Below are positions 12,483-26,221 of a DNA stretch of 64,000 bases, piece after piece (the first letter of the stretch is position 1; the number at the start of each line of letters is the position of its first letter). The notes beneath the pieces were generated by a model, which made no database searches, was not told where the DNA came from, and saw nothing but the letters and a program-made list of their open reading frames with translations. The DNA is from Octopus sinensis (lineage: Eukaryota). The stretch spans positions 139,686,001 to 139,750,000 of the forward strand of contig NC_042998.1 of NCBI RefSeq assembly GCF_006345805.1. The letters run 5' to 3'. The translations under genes and the position numbers were made by a program.

Positions 12483-14735
12483 GGCGTGACTGTGTGGTAA
12501 GAAGTTTGTTTCCCAACCACATGGTTATGAGTTCAGTCCCACTGCATGGCACCTTGAGCAAGAGTCTTCTACTGTAGCCTCGAGCCGACCAGAGCCTTGT
12601 GAATGGATTTGGTTGACGGAACTGAAGAGAAGCCTATCATGTGTGTGTGTGCGTGTGCGTGTGTGCGTGTGCGTGTGTGCGTGTGCGTGTGTGCGTATGC
12701 GTGTGTGCGTGTGCGACGCGTATTTCTGTGTCTGTGTCTTTGTGTCTGTGTTTTCCCCTACTACTGCCTGGCAATTGGTGCTGGTGTGCTTATGTTCCCG
12801 TAACTTAGCAGTTCAGTAAAGATGACCGAAAAAATAAATATTGGCTTAAATAAAAAATACTGGGATCGATTCATTCGACTAAAAACTCTTCACCGCGGTG
12901 CCCCAGCATGGCTGCAGTCTGATGACTGAAACAAATAAGAGATAAAAGGTAAAAGATGCGCGCGCGCCCACACACAGACACACATATATCAAGCAATAAA
13001 TCGATCGATTTTGCTCGAAAAATGTTCAACGTTGCCTGATGAAATGGTGTAATTTCGCAATGACGTTATGCTATGTAATATGATTAAATGAATAAATGGC
13101 CATACTATAGAAACAAGCGTAGCATAAATTGAGCTTTCCATTCAAGTTCACTTGCTACATTCTAGTTAAATTATATGCCACGTAATATAGGCAATATTTT
13201 GTTACATAGAAAGATTTACAGGATGCTTAATATATTATACTTAACATTGCGCTGCCTACTATATTGACTGGTAGTTGATTGATTGTATTACTGTATTCCT
13301 CTTAAGTATCCCGTCAGCCAAATATATGCTGGAGCGCTATCAAGTTAATTGCTAGGATCATTTAGATACCCACTACTTGATATATTTTGCCGGACCGCTA
13401 AATTACGGAGACGTAAACACACCAACACCAATTATCAAGCGGCGGTGGGGAACAAACACAGACACAGAGACACATACGTGCATAAATATATGCAGATGTA
13501 GCTGTGGTTGTGTGGTAAGAAGCTTGCTTCTCAACCACATGGTTCCAGGTTCAGTCCCACTGTGTGACACCTTGGGCAAGTGTCTTCTGCTATAGTCTCG
13601 GGCTGACCAAAGCCTTGTAAGTGAATTTGGTAGACGGATACTGAAAAAAGCTCGTTATATATAAATGTGTGTGTGTGTTTGTGTGTGTTTGTGTGTCTTT
13701 GTTCCCCACCATCGCTTGATAACCGATGCTGGTGTGTTTACGTCCCCGTAACTTAGAGGTTCGGCAAAAGAGATAAAATGAGTCTTGGGATCGATTTGTT
13801 CGACTAAAGGCAGTGCTCCATCATGGTCGCAGTCAAATGACTGAAACAATGTAAAAGAGTAAAAAAAATATATGTGGCTATGTGGTAAGTGGCTTGCTTA
13901 CCAACCACAAGGCTCCGGTTTCATTCCCACTGCATGGCAACTTGGGCAAGTGCCGTCCAAAGACTTGTGAGTAGACTTGGTAGACGGAAACTGAAAGAAA
14001 CCTGTCGTGTATATATATATATATATATATAATATATATATATATATATTATATATATATATATTAATAAATAAAATAAAACATATGCATATATATAAAC
14101 ATATATGTACGTACCTACCTCTACATGTACATATACACGCATATATGAGTACAGGACACCAAAAGGACGTCGAACACAATGAGAAACGAAAACATAGACA
14201 CAAACCTAAGGAACTGGACATTTTTTTAAACAACAAAAGAATAGAGTACAGGACACTTAACACACAGAAAAAGACCCCTTCTTCAGTCGCTATTGTTTCA
14301 TCTACTCTACGTTTCGAAGGATAAAAGGTATGTATGTATGTATATATATATGGATATGTGAGTGTGTATGTGTCTGTGTGTGTCTGTGTTTGTCCCCTCA
14401 CCATCGCTTGACGACCGATATTAGTGTGTTTACGGCAAAAGAGACCGATATAATAAGTACTAGGCTTACAAAAAAATAAGTCCTGGGGTTGATTTCTTCG
14501 ACTAAAGGCGTTGCTCGAGCATGGCCGCAGTCATATGACTGCAACAAATAAAAGAATAAAAGAATATATATACGACGTGTTTAGAAAGACACACACATTG
14601 ATGTATATATCCACTCACAAGGCTTTTGGTCGGCTCGAGGTTTAAAGCAGAAAGATACTTGCCCAAGGTACCACGGAGTGGGACTGAACTGTGGTTGGGA
14701 AGCAAGCTTCTTGCGACAGCCCATGCTTGCGCCTG
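12483..14735. mobile_element. Cluster of SINE family A: 12483-12955(+), 13377-13470(- tail), 13493-13862(+), 13873-14565(+, interrupted), 14609-14735(- head)
   Basis: Head and tail modules recognisable in each copy. Confidence 0.88.
14145..14328 (-). mobile_element. Short insert in SINE A microsatellite with 13-bp direct repeats and hammerhead half-motifs
   Basis: GAGTACAGGACAC at 14147-14159 and 14244-14256; minus strand has GAAACGTA (14308-14315) and CTGAAGAAGGGG (14275-14286). Confidence 0.5.
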
Positions 14736-14767
<32 letters not shown>

Positions 14768-14966
14768 ATATAGATAGATAGATAGATATATAGATAGATA
14801 TATATATATATACATACATTATATGCATGCATGTTGGAAGATATATATAAATATATATTGTGAGAGTGTATGTGTGTGTATACATACGTATATATACATA
14901 CATATATGTATCTATACATAAACACACATATACGTATGTATGTATGTATGTATGTATGTATGTATG

Positions 14967-15058
<92 letters not shown>

Positions 15059-15786
15059 CACGCATATACACATATATATAACTTATAGCATATGTATATA
15101 TATGTATACATTGTATACGTATATATGCGGATATAAGCGGAGTGTATGCATGTATATGTGTGCATATATATGTCGCATTACTAACGAGGGTTGTAAATAT
15201 TCAATACAAATGATTCATATATGTTTAATAACATAGATTGTTTGCTAATTATAAGAAGAATTGTAAAGAAGTCTGGAGCTTAATATAGACAAAATAACGT
15301 CGGAGTGGCTTTGATAATGAATAACCTGTCACAGACCATTGTCAAAATTATTCTTAGAAAGGCATGGTGTCTTTCTGTATAGATTTTGTGAGTGTGAGCG
15401 TGTGTGTATATTTGTTCATGTGTGTGTGTGTATGTGTTGTGTTTATGTGCGTGTATTTGCGTGTGTACATGCGTGAATGTGTGTATGATATTTGCATATA
15501 AGTAGACGTATATTTATATGAACGCTTATAATTAAGTTCGTTGATCTAAGTGCGTTGATATAGGTGCAAGGATATTTAGAAATGCATACACAGAACAATC
15601 ATACAAACATACAACCATGCATACGTACATGCATACATACATACATACATACATACATACACTCACACATACATACATACATACATACATAAGTACATAG
15701 ATAGATAGATAGGTACATACATACATACATACATACACACATACATACATACATACACACACACATACATACATACATACATGCAT

Positions 15787-15819
<33 letters not shown>

Positions 15820-16337
15820 TACATACATTCATACATACATAAATACATAGATACATACATACATACATACATACATAAATACATAGATAGATAGATAGAT
15901 AGATAGATACATACATACATACATACATACATACATACATACATACATACATACATACATACATACATACATACATAAACACACACAAACAAATATGTGC
16001 GCGCGATCGAGCGCACATATACATATTCCATACATACATCTATACCTACGTGTATAGTAATTAGATGTGCTGTATAAGTGTGTAGATATATATGGGTGGA
16101 TATGTATATGTGCGTAAACATATACAGGTTTCCATACGCTCGTGTATATGTATGTATATTTTTACATACATTTGCGTGCGTGCATTAGTATTTGTGTGTG
16201 TGTGTGTGGTGTGTGTGTGTTTGTGCACTTTAGCGTGCATGTACATATGAACACGTGTATTTATACATAGATGCGTTTAATATATGTGAGTGTGTGTGTG
16301 TGTATTTATATATATGTATATATATATATATATTATA

Positions 16338-16371
<34 letters not shown>

Positions 16372-16588
16372 ATATATATATGTATTATATATTATATATA
16401 TATATATAATATATATATATGTATATATATGTATATATATATATATATATATAATAATATATATATATATGCGTGTGTGTGTATGCATATGTATGTATAT
16501 ATGTGTGTGTATATATATATATGTATGTATGTATGTATATATATATATATATATAATATATATATATATGTATATATATGTATGTATG

Positions 16589-16629
<41 letters not shown>

Positions 16630-16790
16630 TATATATATATTATATATATATATATATATTATATATATATGTATATATATATGTGTGTTTGTGTGTACAT
16701 ATATACACGTATGCATATATGTATCTGTGTGTTTGTGTATGTGTATGTGTTGTGTATGTGTATGTGTTGTGTATGTGTGCATATATACCA
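14735..16790. repeat. Large compound microsatellite block: (AT)n, (ATAC)n, (ATAG)n, (GT)n
   Basis: Direct reading; short unique spacer near 15180-15380. Confidence 0.95.
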
Positions 16791-16925
16791 TTCACAATTG
16801 AAAAAGAAAACTAAAACAAGTTAGCTAAGATCCAGTTTTGTTGCTTTATTCATTTTTGTTATTTACGTTTTTTTCTTTTTTAGTTTACTTCACACGGTCA
16901 TAATAATAATAATAATAATAATAAT

Positions 16926-16965
<40 letters not shown>

Positions 16966-17024
16966 ATTAAATGGGCTTCTCATTGAATTTTCGTGTATGC
17001 TTTTGTTTCTCTACCTTTTACACT

Positions 17025-17735
17025 TGGCAGAATCGTTAGCACGCCGGGCGAAATGCGTAGCCTAATTTCGTCTGCCGATACGTTCTAAATTCAAATTCCG
17101 CCGAGGTCGACTTTGCCTTTCATCCTTTTTGAGGCGGCGAACTGGCAGAAACGTTAGCACGCCTGGCGAAATGCATAGCTGTATTTCGTCTGCCGTTACG
17201 TTCTGAGTTCAAATTCCGCCGAGGTCGACTTTGCCTTTCATCCTTTCGGGGTCGATTAAATAAGTACCAGTTATGCACTGGGGTCGATATAGTCGACTTA
17301 ATCCGTTTGTCTGTCCTTGTTTGTCCTCTCTGTGTTTAGCTCTTTGTGGGTAGTAAAGAAGTAGGTATATCGTCTGCCGCTACGTTCTGAGTTGAAATTC
17401 CGCCGAGGTCGACTTAGCTTTCGTCCTTTTGGAGTCGATAAGTTAAGTACCAGTGAAACTGGCACTTGAGATCGATGCAATCGACTGGTCCCCTCCCCCA
17501 AAATTTCAAGCCTTGTGCCTTTAGTTGAAAGGATTATTGTTATAATTAAGGCTGCGGGCTTGCAGATTCGCTAACACGCCGGGCAAAATGCTTAGCGGCA
17601 TTTCGTGTACCTTTACGTTCTGAGTTCAAATTCCGCCAAGGTCAACTTGCCTTTCATCCTTTCAGTGTCAATAAATTAAGTTGCAGTCAAATACTGAGAT
17701 CGATGTGATCGACTATCTCCTTTCCCCCAAATCGG
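17025..17735 (+). mobile_element. SINE family B cluster including a head-to-tail dimer
   Basis: Heads at 17025, 17131, 17548; junction AAAGAAGTAGGTATATCGTCTGCC near 17357-17380. Confidence 0.9.
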
Positions 17736-17740
17736 TTTGA

Positions 17741-17788
<48 letters not shown>

Positions 17789-18429
17789 TTGTCGGTGAGT
17801 GGACGTCGTTGGTAGTTGATGGTGACAGTTATGGTGACAGATGCAATTCATGTTGACGACGAGTTTTATGATGATGATGATGATGATGATGAGGAGGAGG
17901 AGGAGGAGGAGGAGGAGGAGGAGCAGGGTCATGACCATGACGATCTTGATGGCCGCTAGTGCTGATGAAGATGACGACCTCAACAATGACGACGTTGATG
18001 ACGTTGATAACGATGATTGAGAAGAGGAAGCGGGGGGGGCAACGAAGTGGACGACTGTAATATTGGCAGCTATGGTGGATGGTAGCTGTGTGGTGGCTCT
18101 TATTCTTGTCGAGCCTGTTTCAGTTTTGTTTTTTCATTTTTGTTTATTAATATTTCTATTTCGTTTGTCATTGTTGCTTTTGAACGTGATCGTCACTATG
18201 CCCACCTATAATAGTTACTACATATATTCTAGTGTTTTCTGTTGACTATTGATTATTGATTTGGTAACTTCATGGAGGAGAAAAACAGAAATACATATAA
18301 ATACAAACACATATTTGTTACTATATTAAACAGGTTTTTATATTAACGCATTGTGATAGAAGTATCAAGCTAATAAGGAACCGTCATTTATTTTAACAAA
18401 TTATAACAGTCTATCATTATATGAGTGAA

Positions 18430-18835
18430 AGGCGGCGAGCTGGCAGAACCGTTGGCACGTCGGACGAAATGCTTAGCGGTATTTCGCCTGCCATTACGTT
18501 CTGAGTTCAAATTCCGCCGAGGTCGACTTTGCCTTTTATCCTTTCGGGGTCGATAAATTAAGTACCAGTTACGCACTGGGGTCGATGTAATCGACTTAAT
18601 ACCTATGTCTGTCCTTGTTTGTTCCCTCTATGTTTAGCCCCTTGTGGGTAATAATGAAATAGGTATTTCGTCCGCCTTTACGTTCTGAGTTCAAATTCCG
18701 CCGATGTCGACTTTGCCTTCCGAATTCCTTCCGGGGCCGAAAAAATAAGTACCCATTGAATATTGGGATTGATATAATCGACTTACCCTCCACTCCCGAA
18801 CTTGTTGGCTTTGAGCCCAAATTTGAAACCATTAT
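18430..18835 (+). mobile_element. SINE family B dimer
   Basis: Head AAGGCGGCGAGCTGGCAGAA; junction AATGAAATAGGTATTTCGTCC near 18653-18673. Confidence 0.9.
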
Positions 18836-18839
18836 TACT

Positions 18840-19222
18840 ATTGATTGAGAAAGCAGCACGCGCCATCTAAGTGACGCTGAGGTACAAATATACGAAGCCC
18901 AATACACCCATTATGACTACCCGTCTGATCGGGGTACATTAGGCACATGCATCACAACCATATGTGCGCAACATGGTGATTTCATATCAAAATAAACAGC
19001 GCACGACCTTGCAAGTGGGGGCTCGTTCAGAATTTTCTTCAGGTTGAGCAGCTCATCCTACTCAAAAGATCCTTGAATAAGGTTTGTTTAAGAATGATGA
19101 ACGAAACACCCATGTTTCCAAAGATGAATTGTTCAAACCCCAAAGAATTCCTCTCATCACATGGCTATGATGCACCCCCACTACTTCTACTCGTGATCAG
19201 AGATGCACATATCGTCAACCAC
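18840..19222 (-). mobile_element. Probable unclassified retroposon
   Basis: Single copy here; ends in an (AAT)n-like tail on minus strand; resembles a repeat recalled from octopus sequence (unverified). Confidence 0.35.
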
Positions 19223-19326
19223 CAAAGAAAAAAAATGCTCAACTGGTTATGGTCAAACAGCTGACAAGCAAATTTGTGGTATTGAGCAGAATATTCACTG
19301 TAGCCCATCTTTTATACCAAGACAAA

Positions 19327-19368
<42 letters not shown>

Positions 19369-19377
19369 GCTATTCTT

Positions 19378-19438
<61 letters not shown>

Positions 19439-20177
19439 GCGTCATTTTCATCATCATTAGTTTAATACTGGCTTACACATGTCATGTTTTGGATAGGCCT
19501 ACAACTCAATTTCTTCCTATGTAGTTTGAAACTGAAGTCCAGTCTCTCCCGATCAACCACACAAGCTCATGCCCTGTAACAAGATAATAATTGCTATTTA
19601 TCTTTTAGCCAAGTGGAAAGGTCCTTTACAAAGTCCCCCGGACTGGTGGTAGAGTAGAGAAGGAGTGGAAGGAAGGTATCCGCAAACCAAAGAACTGACT
19701 CGATTACCTGTATAAGTGGACTCCGTTAAAGACACCAAAGATTCCAAGGAGCGTTATTAAATCTAACGACGGATTAATTTTACCATCCATTTAAGCCACG
19801 GCGGGATTTGAACAGGATCTGAACGGGATTTGAATATCGTAACGTATGATTGAGAAATAATCACATCTTAGGAATGAGAGGTGCCCGACCGGTGAGATAG
19901 CAAAACTGAAAAATATAAAATCACCTTTTTGGTTCTAATGCAGTTATGGCGAATCTTTTCACCATGTGTAACGAAATTATAATTTATTTAATAACCCTAT
20001 TACACCGGGTAACACGATTTTTGTCCTTGAGTAGCATCTGTTCTTTCCTATTTACTCACCCTAGAAAGTATCAAAAATGGCTAATATTTCTATCAAACTT
20101 TGTTTTTGTTACATTTATTCGACTTTGGAAGAGTCGACTTTGATGAAGTTTGGACTCGAAACACTAAAGACGGATTA

Positions 20178-20600
20178 AATACCTATTTCTTTATTGCCCA
20201 CAAGGAGCTAAACATAGAGGGGACAAACAAGGACAGACAAAGGGATTAAGCCGATTCGATCGACCCCAGTGCGTAAATGGTACTTAACTTATCGACCCCG
20301 AAAGGATGAAAGGCAAAGTCGACCTCGGCGGAATTTCAACTCAGAACGTAGCGGCAGACGAAATACCTATTTCTTTACTACCCACAAGGGGCTACACACA
20401 GAGGGGACAAACAAGGACAGACAAACGGATCGAGTTGATTATATCGACCCCAGTGCGTAACTGGTACTTATTTAATCGACCCCGAAAGGATGAAAGGCAA
20501 AGTCGACCTCGGCGGAATTAGAACTCAGAACGTAACGGCAGACGAAATACTGCTAAGCATTTCGCCCGGCGTGCTAACGTTTCTGCCAGCTCGCCGCCTT
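20178..20600 (-). mobile_element. SINE family B dimer
   Basis: Two units with junction GACGAAATACCTATTTCTTT near 20358-20377; head ends CTCGCCGCCTT. Confidence 0.9.
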
Positions 20601-20624
20601 AAATAGAGTAGTAATAATAAATGC

Positions 20625-20704
20625 ATTAATTAATTAATTAATTAATTAATTAATTAATTAATTAATTAATTAATTAATTAATTAATTAATTGATTAATTA
20701 ATTA
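20625..20704. repeat. (TTAA)n palindromic tetranucleotide microsatellite
   Basis: Direct reading. Confidence 0.95.
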
Positions 20705-21777
20705 GATAGTACCACCACTCCCATCGCAATATTCACCTTGCCTTGGGCGCTGGCAACATCACTGGGTCTCAATTTTAAATTTTATTGTAATATTAGCACT
20801 AGATATGTTATCTGGCAGGACTAAAGGGTCCCCTCTAATCTGCACCAGTTTTTATTCGGTGTCACTGCTTTTCTGTCCAGATTTCTTTTACCACCGTTTG
20901 TAGGATTCACGTCTCGTCGGGCAGAATTTTGTTGAATTACTACTCCTCTTTAGCAGGCGTGAGTCTCTATGATTCTCTATGTGTGATTAGAAGAAACAGA
21001 GAAGTTATTAATGCACTGAGGTATGTGTATGGGTGATATGAGCGAAGTTGCCATGCTATAATGTGGATCGGAATATGAGCCGTGGACGTACACGGTAGCA
21101 GTGAGGCCTGACAGGTAACATCTGATAGATACAAGCACTTAAATTTATGGATATTTGCAAGCAGGGGCATGTTCCGACAGTTACACATTAATGCACAGGA
21201 TGGGAAGGTGGGAATGGGAGGAAGGAGGGAAAGAGGAGGAAAAGAGGAGGGAGAGGAGAAGGGAGGGGAATGAAAGGAAAGGGGGATAAGCGGAGTGGAG
21301 GGAAGAGGGAGGAACAGATAAAATAGAACTGACACAAAGAGAGAGCGTGAGAGAAGATTTGAAAGCTAAAAGGAAACCGACACAATGGAGCGGAAATCAG
21401 TTTAAATAAATAAAATAAAATAAAGCTTGTCCATCTTTAATCCCGTCTAATGGATTATTGTTGGTTTGGTGAATAAATAAATGAATGTATAACTCATAGA
21501 CAGCTAAACAGGCAAGTCATCATTAAATATAAAATATCAATAATCATCATTAAAGTATATGCCATCACATGTGGAGAAAAATTTTTAAACAGCCTGTCAC
21601 TATCAAATGTAAACGCAGACAGCAGTTGGCTTATTGGTTGGTTAGTTGGTTGGCTGGCCAGACATACTATCTTTTTTTGTCGCCCTCATTAGCACGACGA
21701 ATAAAATGCTCAGCGGCATTTCATCTGACTTTGCCTTTCATCCTCTCGGGATCGATGTTTCGAGGGGCATCCAGCGT

Positions 21778-23330
21778 GATCTAGAATGCCGAAGCTTCGT
21801 GTCGGCTTACACGGACGACATCACCGTAATAGTGTCGGACATCCCAGAGATCGAGGTGGTCGGCACTGCTCTAAGTGTATACGAAGCGGTGACAGGAGCA
21901 AATACCAACCAGGAGAAGTCGGTGGGCCTGCAGCTTGGCACCTGGAGAGGCAGGGTCATGCCAACCGCCAGCGTTGTAAGGCGCTGGACGGAAGGACCGG
22001 TTCATGCTCGGGATCTGGTTTGGTCCAGATCTCCAGGTGGACAAGAACTGGTGGGAGGTGACAAGCAGGGTAGCCAATCTCACCCAGAATTGAGCTGATA
22101 GGAAGCTATTCCTGAAGGGTCGGGCGGAGGGCGCGAATGCGTACATCGCTTCTGTCATCTACTACCGCCTGACCGTCGTCCCTTGCCCCATTTCGTGCCT
22201 GATAAAGTTGGAGCACTTGCTCTTCCACTTCCTATGGAAAGGACGAGTTCCGCTCGTCAGACGGTCCTTCGGCTGTCAATAGCCGCTGAGTGGAGGACTG
22301 AGCATGCCGTGGCCAATGATGTGCAGGTATGGTTGCCATCCGTCAAAAGGGGCTTTCCGCAGCTCGTCTCATTGATGGAGCGACAGTCCTGGGTCAAATG
22401 CAGACCAGAAAGAGCGCTTGGCACCTGGAGTGTCGGTAAGCGCTCACGGCCTTCTGCCAGTCGGGCAACGCGGTCGGTGGAAGTTCCACCATGGAGTTCT
22501 CCCGAGGGTTAGTGGAAGGAAAGAGCGATGTCGTACTCGGGGAAACTCTGGACGTCGAGAGAGATCAACTAACTTGTCTTTTCTGGAGGACATTCGGGTC
22601 AGAAATCCCTGGCCTGGCAATGCTACCAGGGAGCTCTGCCAGTTCGAGACAAGTTCTACAGATACGGAAGTGCTGTCAGACGGACTTGTCTGAGGTATGC
22701 GCAGGGTGATGAAACCGTTCTGCATGCACTCGTCCAGTATCCGTACATTACTGAACTATGGAGCTTTGTCGAAAAGTTGTATAGGACGGATCCGGTTATC
22801 AGCCGAGTCCATTGTGAGGATCAACCCGCTGCCTTCTTTTGGCCGGGAGGGAAAGGCAGTTTTCCTCTGCCTGGTGGCTATAGCGAAAGAGATAGTGTGG
22901 TGGACGAGGTTGAAAGGACTGAAGACAGACACTTTCCTCTTCGGCCGAGCCCTCATTGACTTTTTACAAGTGAAGGTAGAGAGGGAAGTACTCCCCGCCC
23001 CCGCCAGTAAGTTTGTTGAATGTGGGTGAATGTTGCGAAAATGGCTCGTAGGAATGAGCCTACTCTGAATATTCGTCCTTCAGCCGGAGCAGTTGAAGGG
23101 AGGAGGGGTACCTACCTGGCGTGCCCTTGGCAGTCGGGGTGACCAGGATGTGTAGGGCACCTTGGTTGGCCCTGGGTGAAACTCACCCCTATTGGGGAAT
23201 TTTGGTGTTTAATTTTTTTTTTTGTTAATTGTTTTTATTTTTATTGTTTACACGTTTTTTCTGTTTTAAACCCTACTCATCCCTTGTTTTGTATTGTCCC
23301 TAATTGTTTTTGTGGCAATCCCTGATCAAC
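21778..23330 (+). mobile_element. Tx1/L1-clade LINE, 5'-truncated ORF2 (RT palm to C-terminal zinc knuckle) and 3' UTR
   Basis: VSAYTDDITVIVSD (YADD-like), EKSVGLQLGTWRG, LFHFLWKGRVPLV, DETVLHALVQ; multiple frameshifts. Confidence 0.88.
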
Positions 23331-23712
23331 TTCTTCAAGTTTCACTTGAAAAGGAAAATAAGGGTAGAGAGGGAAGTGTTGTCTTCTACCCAGTTTGCTG
23401 AAAATTAGATGAAAGTGGTGAGAATGGTGCGGGTGAACGGGCCTGCCCTGAGTATACGCCTGGAGTTAAATAAAAAATATATGTTCCTTTTCGAGCCATG
23501 CCAGGCTCATAAGGGCCTGTTTCCCGGTTTCAGTAGCGTAGGAATTTTTAAGAAAATGATGTTACTCTTGTTTACACGCAAAACCCTCACAGCAACACAC
23601 ACTCACACACATACACACACACATTCTTTGTTTTGTTTTGTTCTGTGCCGTCCATAATGTTTTTCTTAATGTAAACCTTTGTGGTTAATAATGAAATCAT
23701 CATTATCATCAT
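23331..23712 (+). mobile_element. Second, diverged Tx1-like 3' end in tandem
   Basis: AAGGGTAGAGAGGGAAGT (23359) mirrors AAGGTAGAGAGGGAAGT (22973); ends CCTTTGTGGTTAATAATGAAAT plus (CAT)n. Confidence 0.65.
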
Positions 23713-23717
23713 TATTA

Positions 23718-24225
23718 ATATTCCGCCGAGGTCGACTTTGCCTTTCATCCTTTCGGGGTCGAAAAATTAAGTACCAGTGAAATTCTGGGTCGATGTAATC
23801 GACTAGTTCCCTCCCGCAAAACTTCAGGCCTTGTGCCTATAATAGAAAGGATTATTATTATTATTGTTATTACTATTATTATTGAAGGCGCGTGGCTCGA
23901 TAGTTAGAGCGTCGAGCTTACGATCGTGAGGCAGTGAGTTCGAATCCCGGACCGGGCTACGTGTTGTGTTCTTAAGCAAGACACTTTATTTCACGTTGCT
24001 CCAGTTCACTCAGCTGTAGAAATTAGTTGCAACATCACTGGTGCCAAGCTGTATCGCCCTTTGCCTTTCCCCATGGATAACACTGGTGACGTGGAGAGGG
24101 GAGGCCGGTGTGCAAAGGCGACTGCTGGTCTTCCATAAACAACCTTGCCCGGACTTGTGCCTGGGGAGGGTAACTTTCCAGGTGCCATCCCAGGATCAGT
24201 CATGACCGAATGGGGCATCAGCAGT
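23718..24225 (+). mobile_element. SINE B 3' part (23718-23860) and SINE D (23885-24225)
   Basis: Family-diagnostic modules. Confidence 0.85.
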
Positions 24226-24564
24226 ATTATTATTATTATTATTAGTAGTAGTAGTAGTAGTAGTAGTGTGGTGGTGGTGGTGGTGGTGGTAGTAGTAGTA
24301 GTGTGACCGATTTGTTTTTGTCAGTATCTTGTTTTTCGTCTTCTTTAATCCAATATGCCCATGACAAATTAAAGATTCGCCAGTTAATCAGGAACTCAGA
24401 GGGTGGGCATTAAACAACATCCGGTTTATATCATCACCTGAAGTCCGTTCGTTCCCAATGATAACGGCTTGCAAGGCAGGTTTACTAATCAACGCAGGAA
24501 CGTCGCTTTATTTCACACACCGCGCCCACATTTGGCGTTTATTAATGACACGCTAATCCTTCGT

Positions 24565-24936
24565 GCATACATACACACATACACACACACATACACATAC
24601 ATACATACATACATACATACATCATACATACATACATACATACATACATACATGCCTACATGCATACATACATACATGCATACATATATACATACATACA
24701 TACATACATACATGCATACATACATACACACATACACACACACACACATATATATATATGCATACATACATGCCTACATACATACATACATACATACATA
24801 CATACATACGTACATACATGCCTACATACATACATACATACATACATACATGCATACATATATACATACATACATACATACATACATACATGCATACATA
24901 CATACACACATACACACACACACATATATATATATG

Positions 24937-24997
<61 letters not shown>

Positions 24998-25260
24998 GTA
25001 CATACATGCCTACATACATACATACATACATGTATACATAGATGTACACGAACATACATACGTGCATGCTTACATGCATACATATATACATGCATACATA
25101 AAGACATACATATATTCATAGATACATACATACATGCATAAATACATACATGCATACACAAATACATACATACCTACATGCATACATACACACATACATA
25201 CAGACGTACATACATACATATATACATGTGCATATATGCATATTCAAATGTGTGTGCGTA
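24565..25260. repeat. (ATAC)n-dominated microsatellite
   Basis: Direct reading. Confidence 0.96.
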
Positions 25261-25477
25261 TGTATATACAAGAAACTTGCACGTGTGAGTGTGTATGTGT
25301 GACAGAGAGAGAGGGAGAGAGGATAAAAAAAAGAGGGGAGACAGAGGGAGAGAGAGAATTACTTTTATCCAGTTTCAAACCAATAGAAGCCAATAATTCT
25401 CCTTCCATTTCTTTACACGAGGAAAATAAATGAATAAATTAAATGCAATAAAAGTAAATATAAAAAAATTAAAGCCA

Positions 25478-25668
25478 AAGGAGTGGCTGTGATATATGTA
25501 CATATAAGCACAGTGTGGTAAGTAGCCTGCTTACCAAACACGTGGTTCCGGGTTCAGTCCCACTGCGTGGCATCTTGGGCAAGTGTCTTCTATTATAGCT
25601 TCGGGCCGACAAAAGCCTTGTGAGTGGATTTGGTAGACGGAAACTGAAAGAAGCCCGTCGTATATATG

Positions 25669-25756
<88 letters not shown>

Positions 25757-25962
25757 CTTGTGTGTCTATGTTTGTCCCCCTAGCATTGCTTGACAACCGA
25801 TGCTGGTGTGTTTATATCCCCGTCACTTAGCGGTTCGGCAAAAGAGACCGATAGAATAAGTACGGGGCTTACAAAGAATAAGTCCCGGGGTCGATTTGCT
25901 CGACTAAAGGCGCTGCTCCAGCATGGCCGCAGTCAAATGCCTGAAACAAGTAAAAGAGAATA
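25478..25962 (+). mobile_element. Full-length SINE family A with central (TG)n; short insertion in the A box
   Basis: GAGTGGCTGT[GATATATGTACATATAAGCACA]GTGTGGTAAG; head, (TG)n and tail to GAAACAAGTAAAAGAG. Confidence 0.92.
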
Positions 25963-26221
25963 GAAATTAAATAAAATAAAAGTATCTGACAATCACTGTC
26001 ATCATCATCATTATCAATGTCATCATTATTATCACTGTCATCATCATCATTATCACTATCATCATCATCATCATCATCATTGTCATCAACACCATTATCA
26101 ACAGCAGGAGCAGCAGCATTGTCGTTATCATCATAATCATGATCACGATCATGATCATGATCGTGATCAGCAGCAGCAGCAGCAGCAACAACGGCAGTAG
26201 TAGCGCCGTTTCCATCACTGA

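Noticed and set aside
20130-20172. TTGATGA-AGTTTGGACTC-GAAAC-ACTAAAGAC as another hammerhead
   Set aside because: No NUH triplet, poor stems, no flanking PLE homology; at most a degenerate relic
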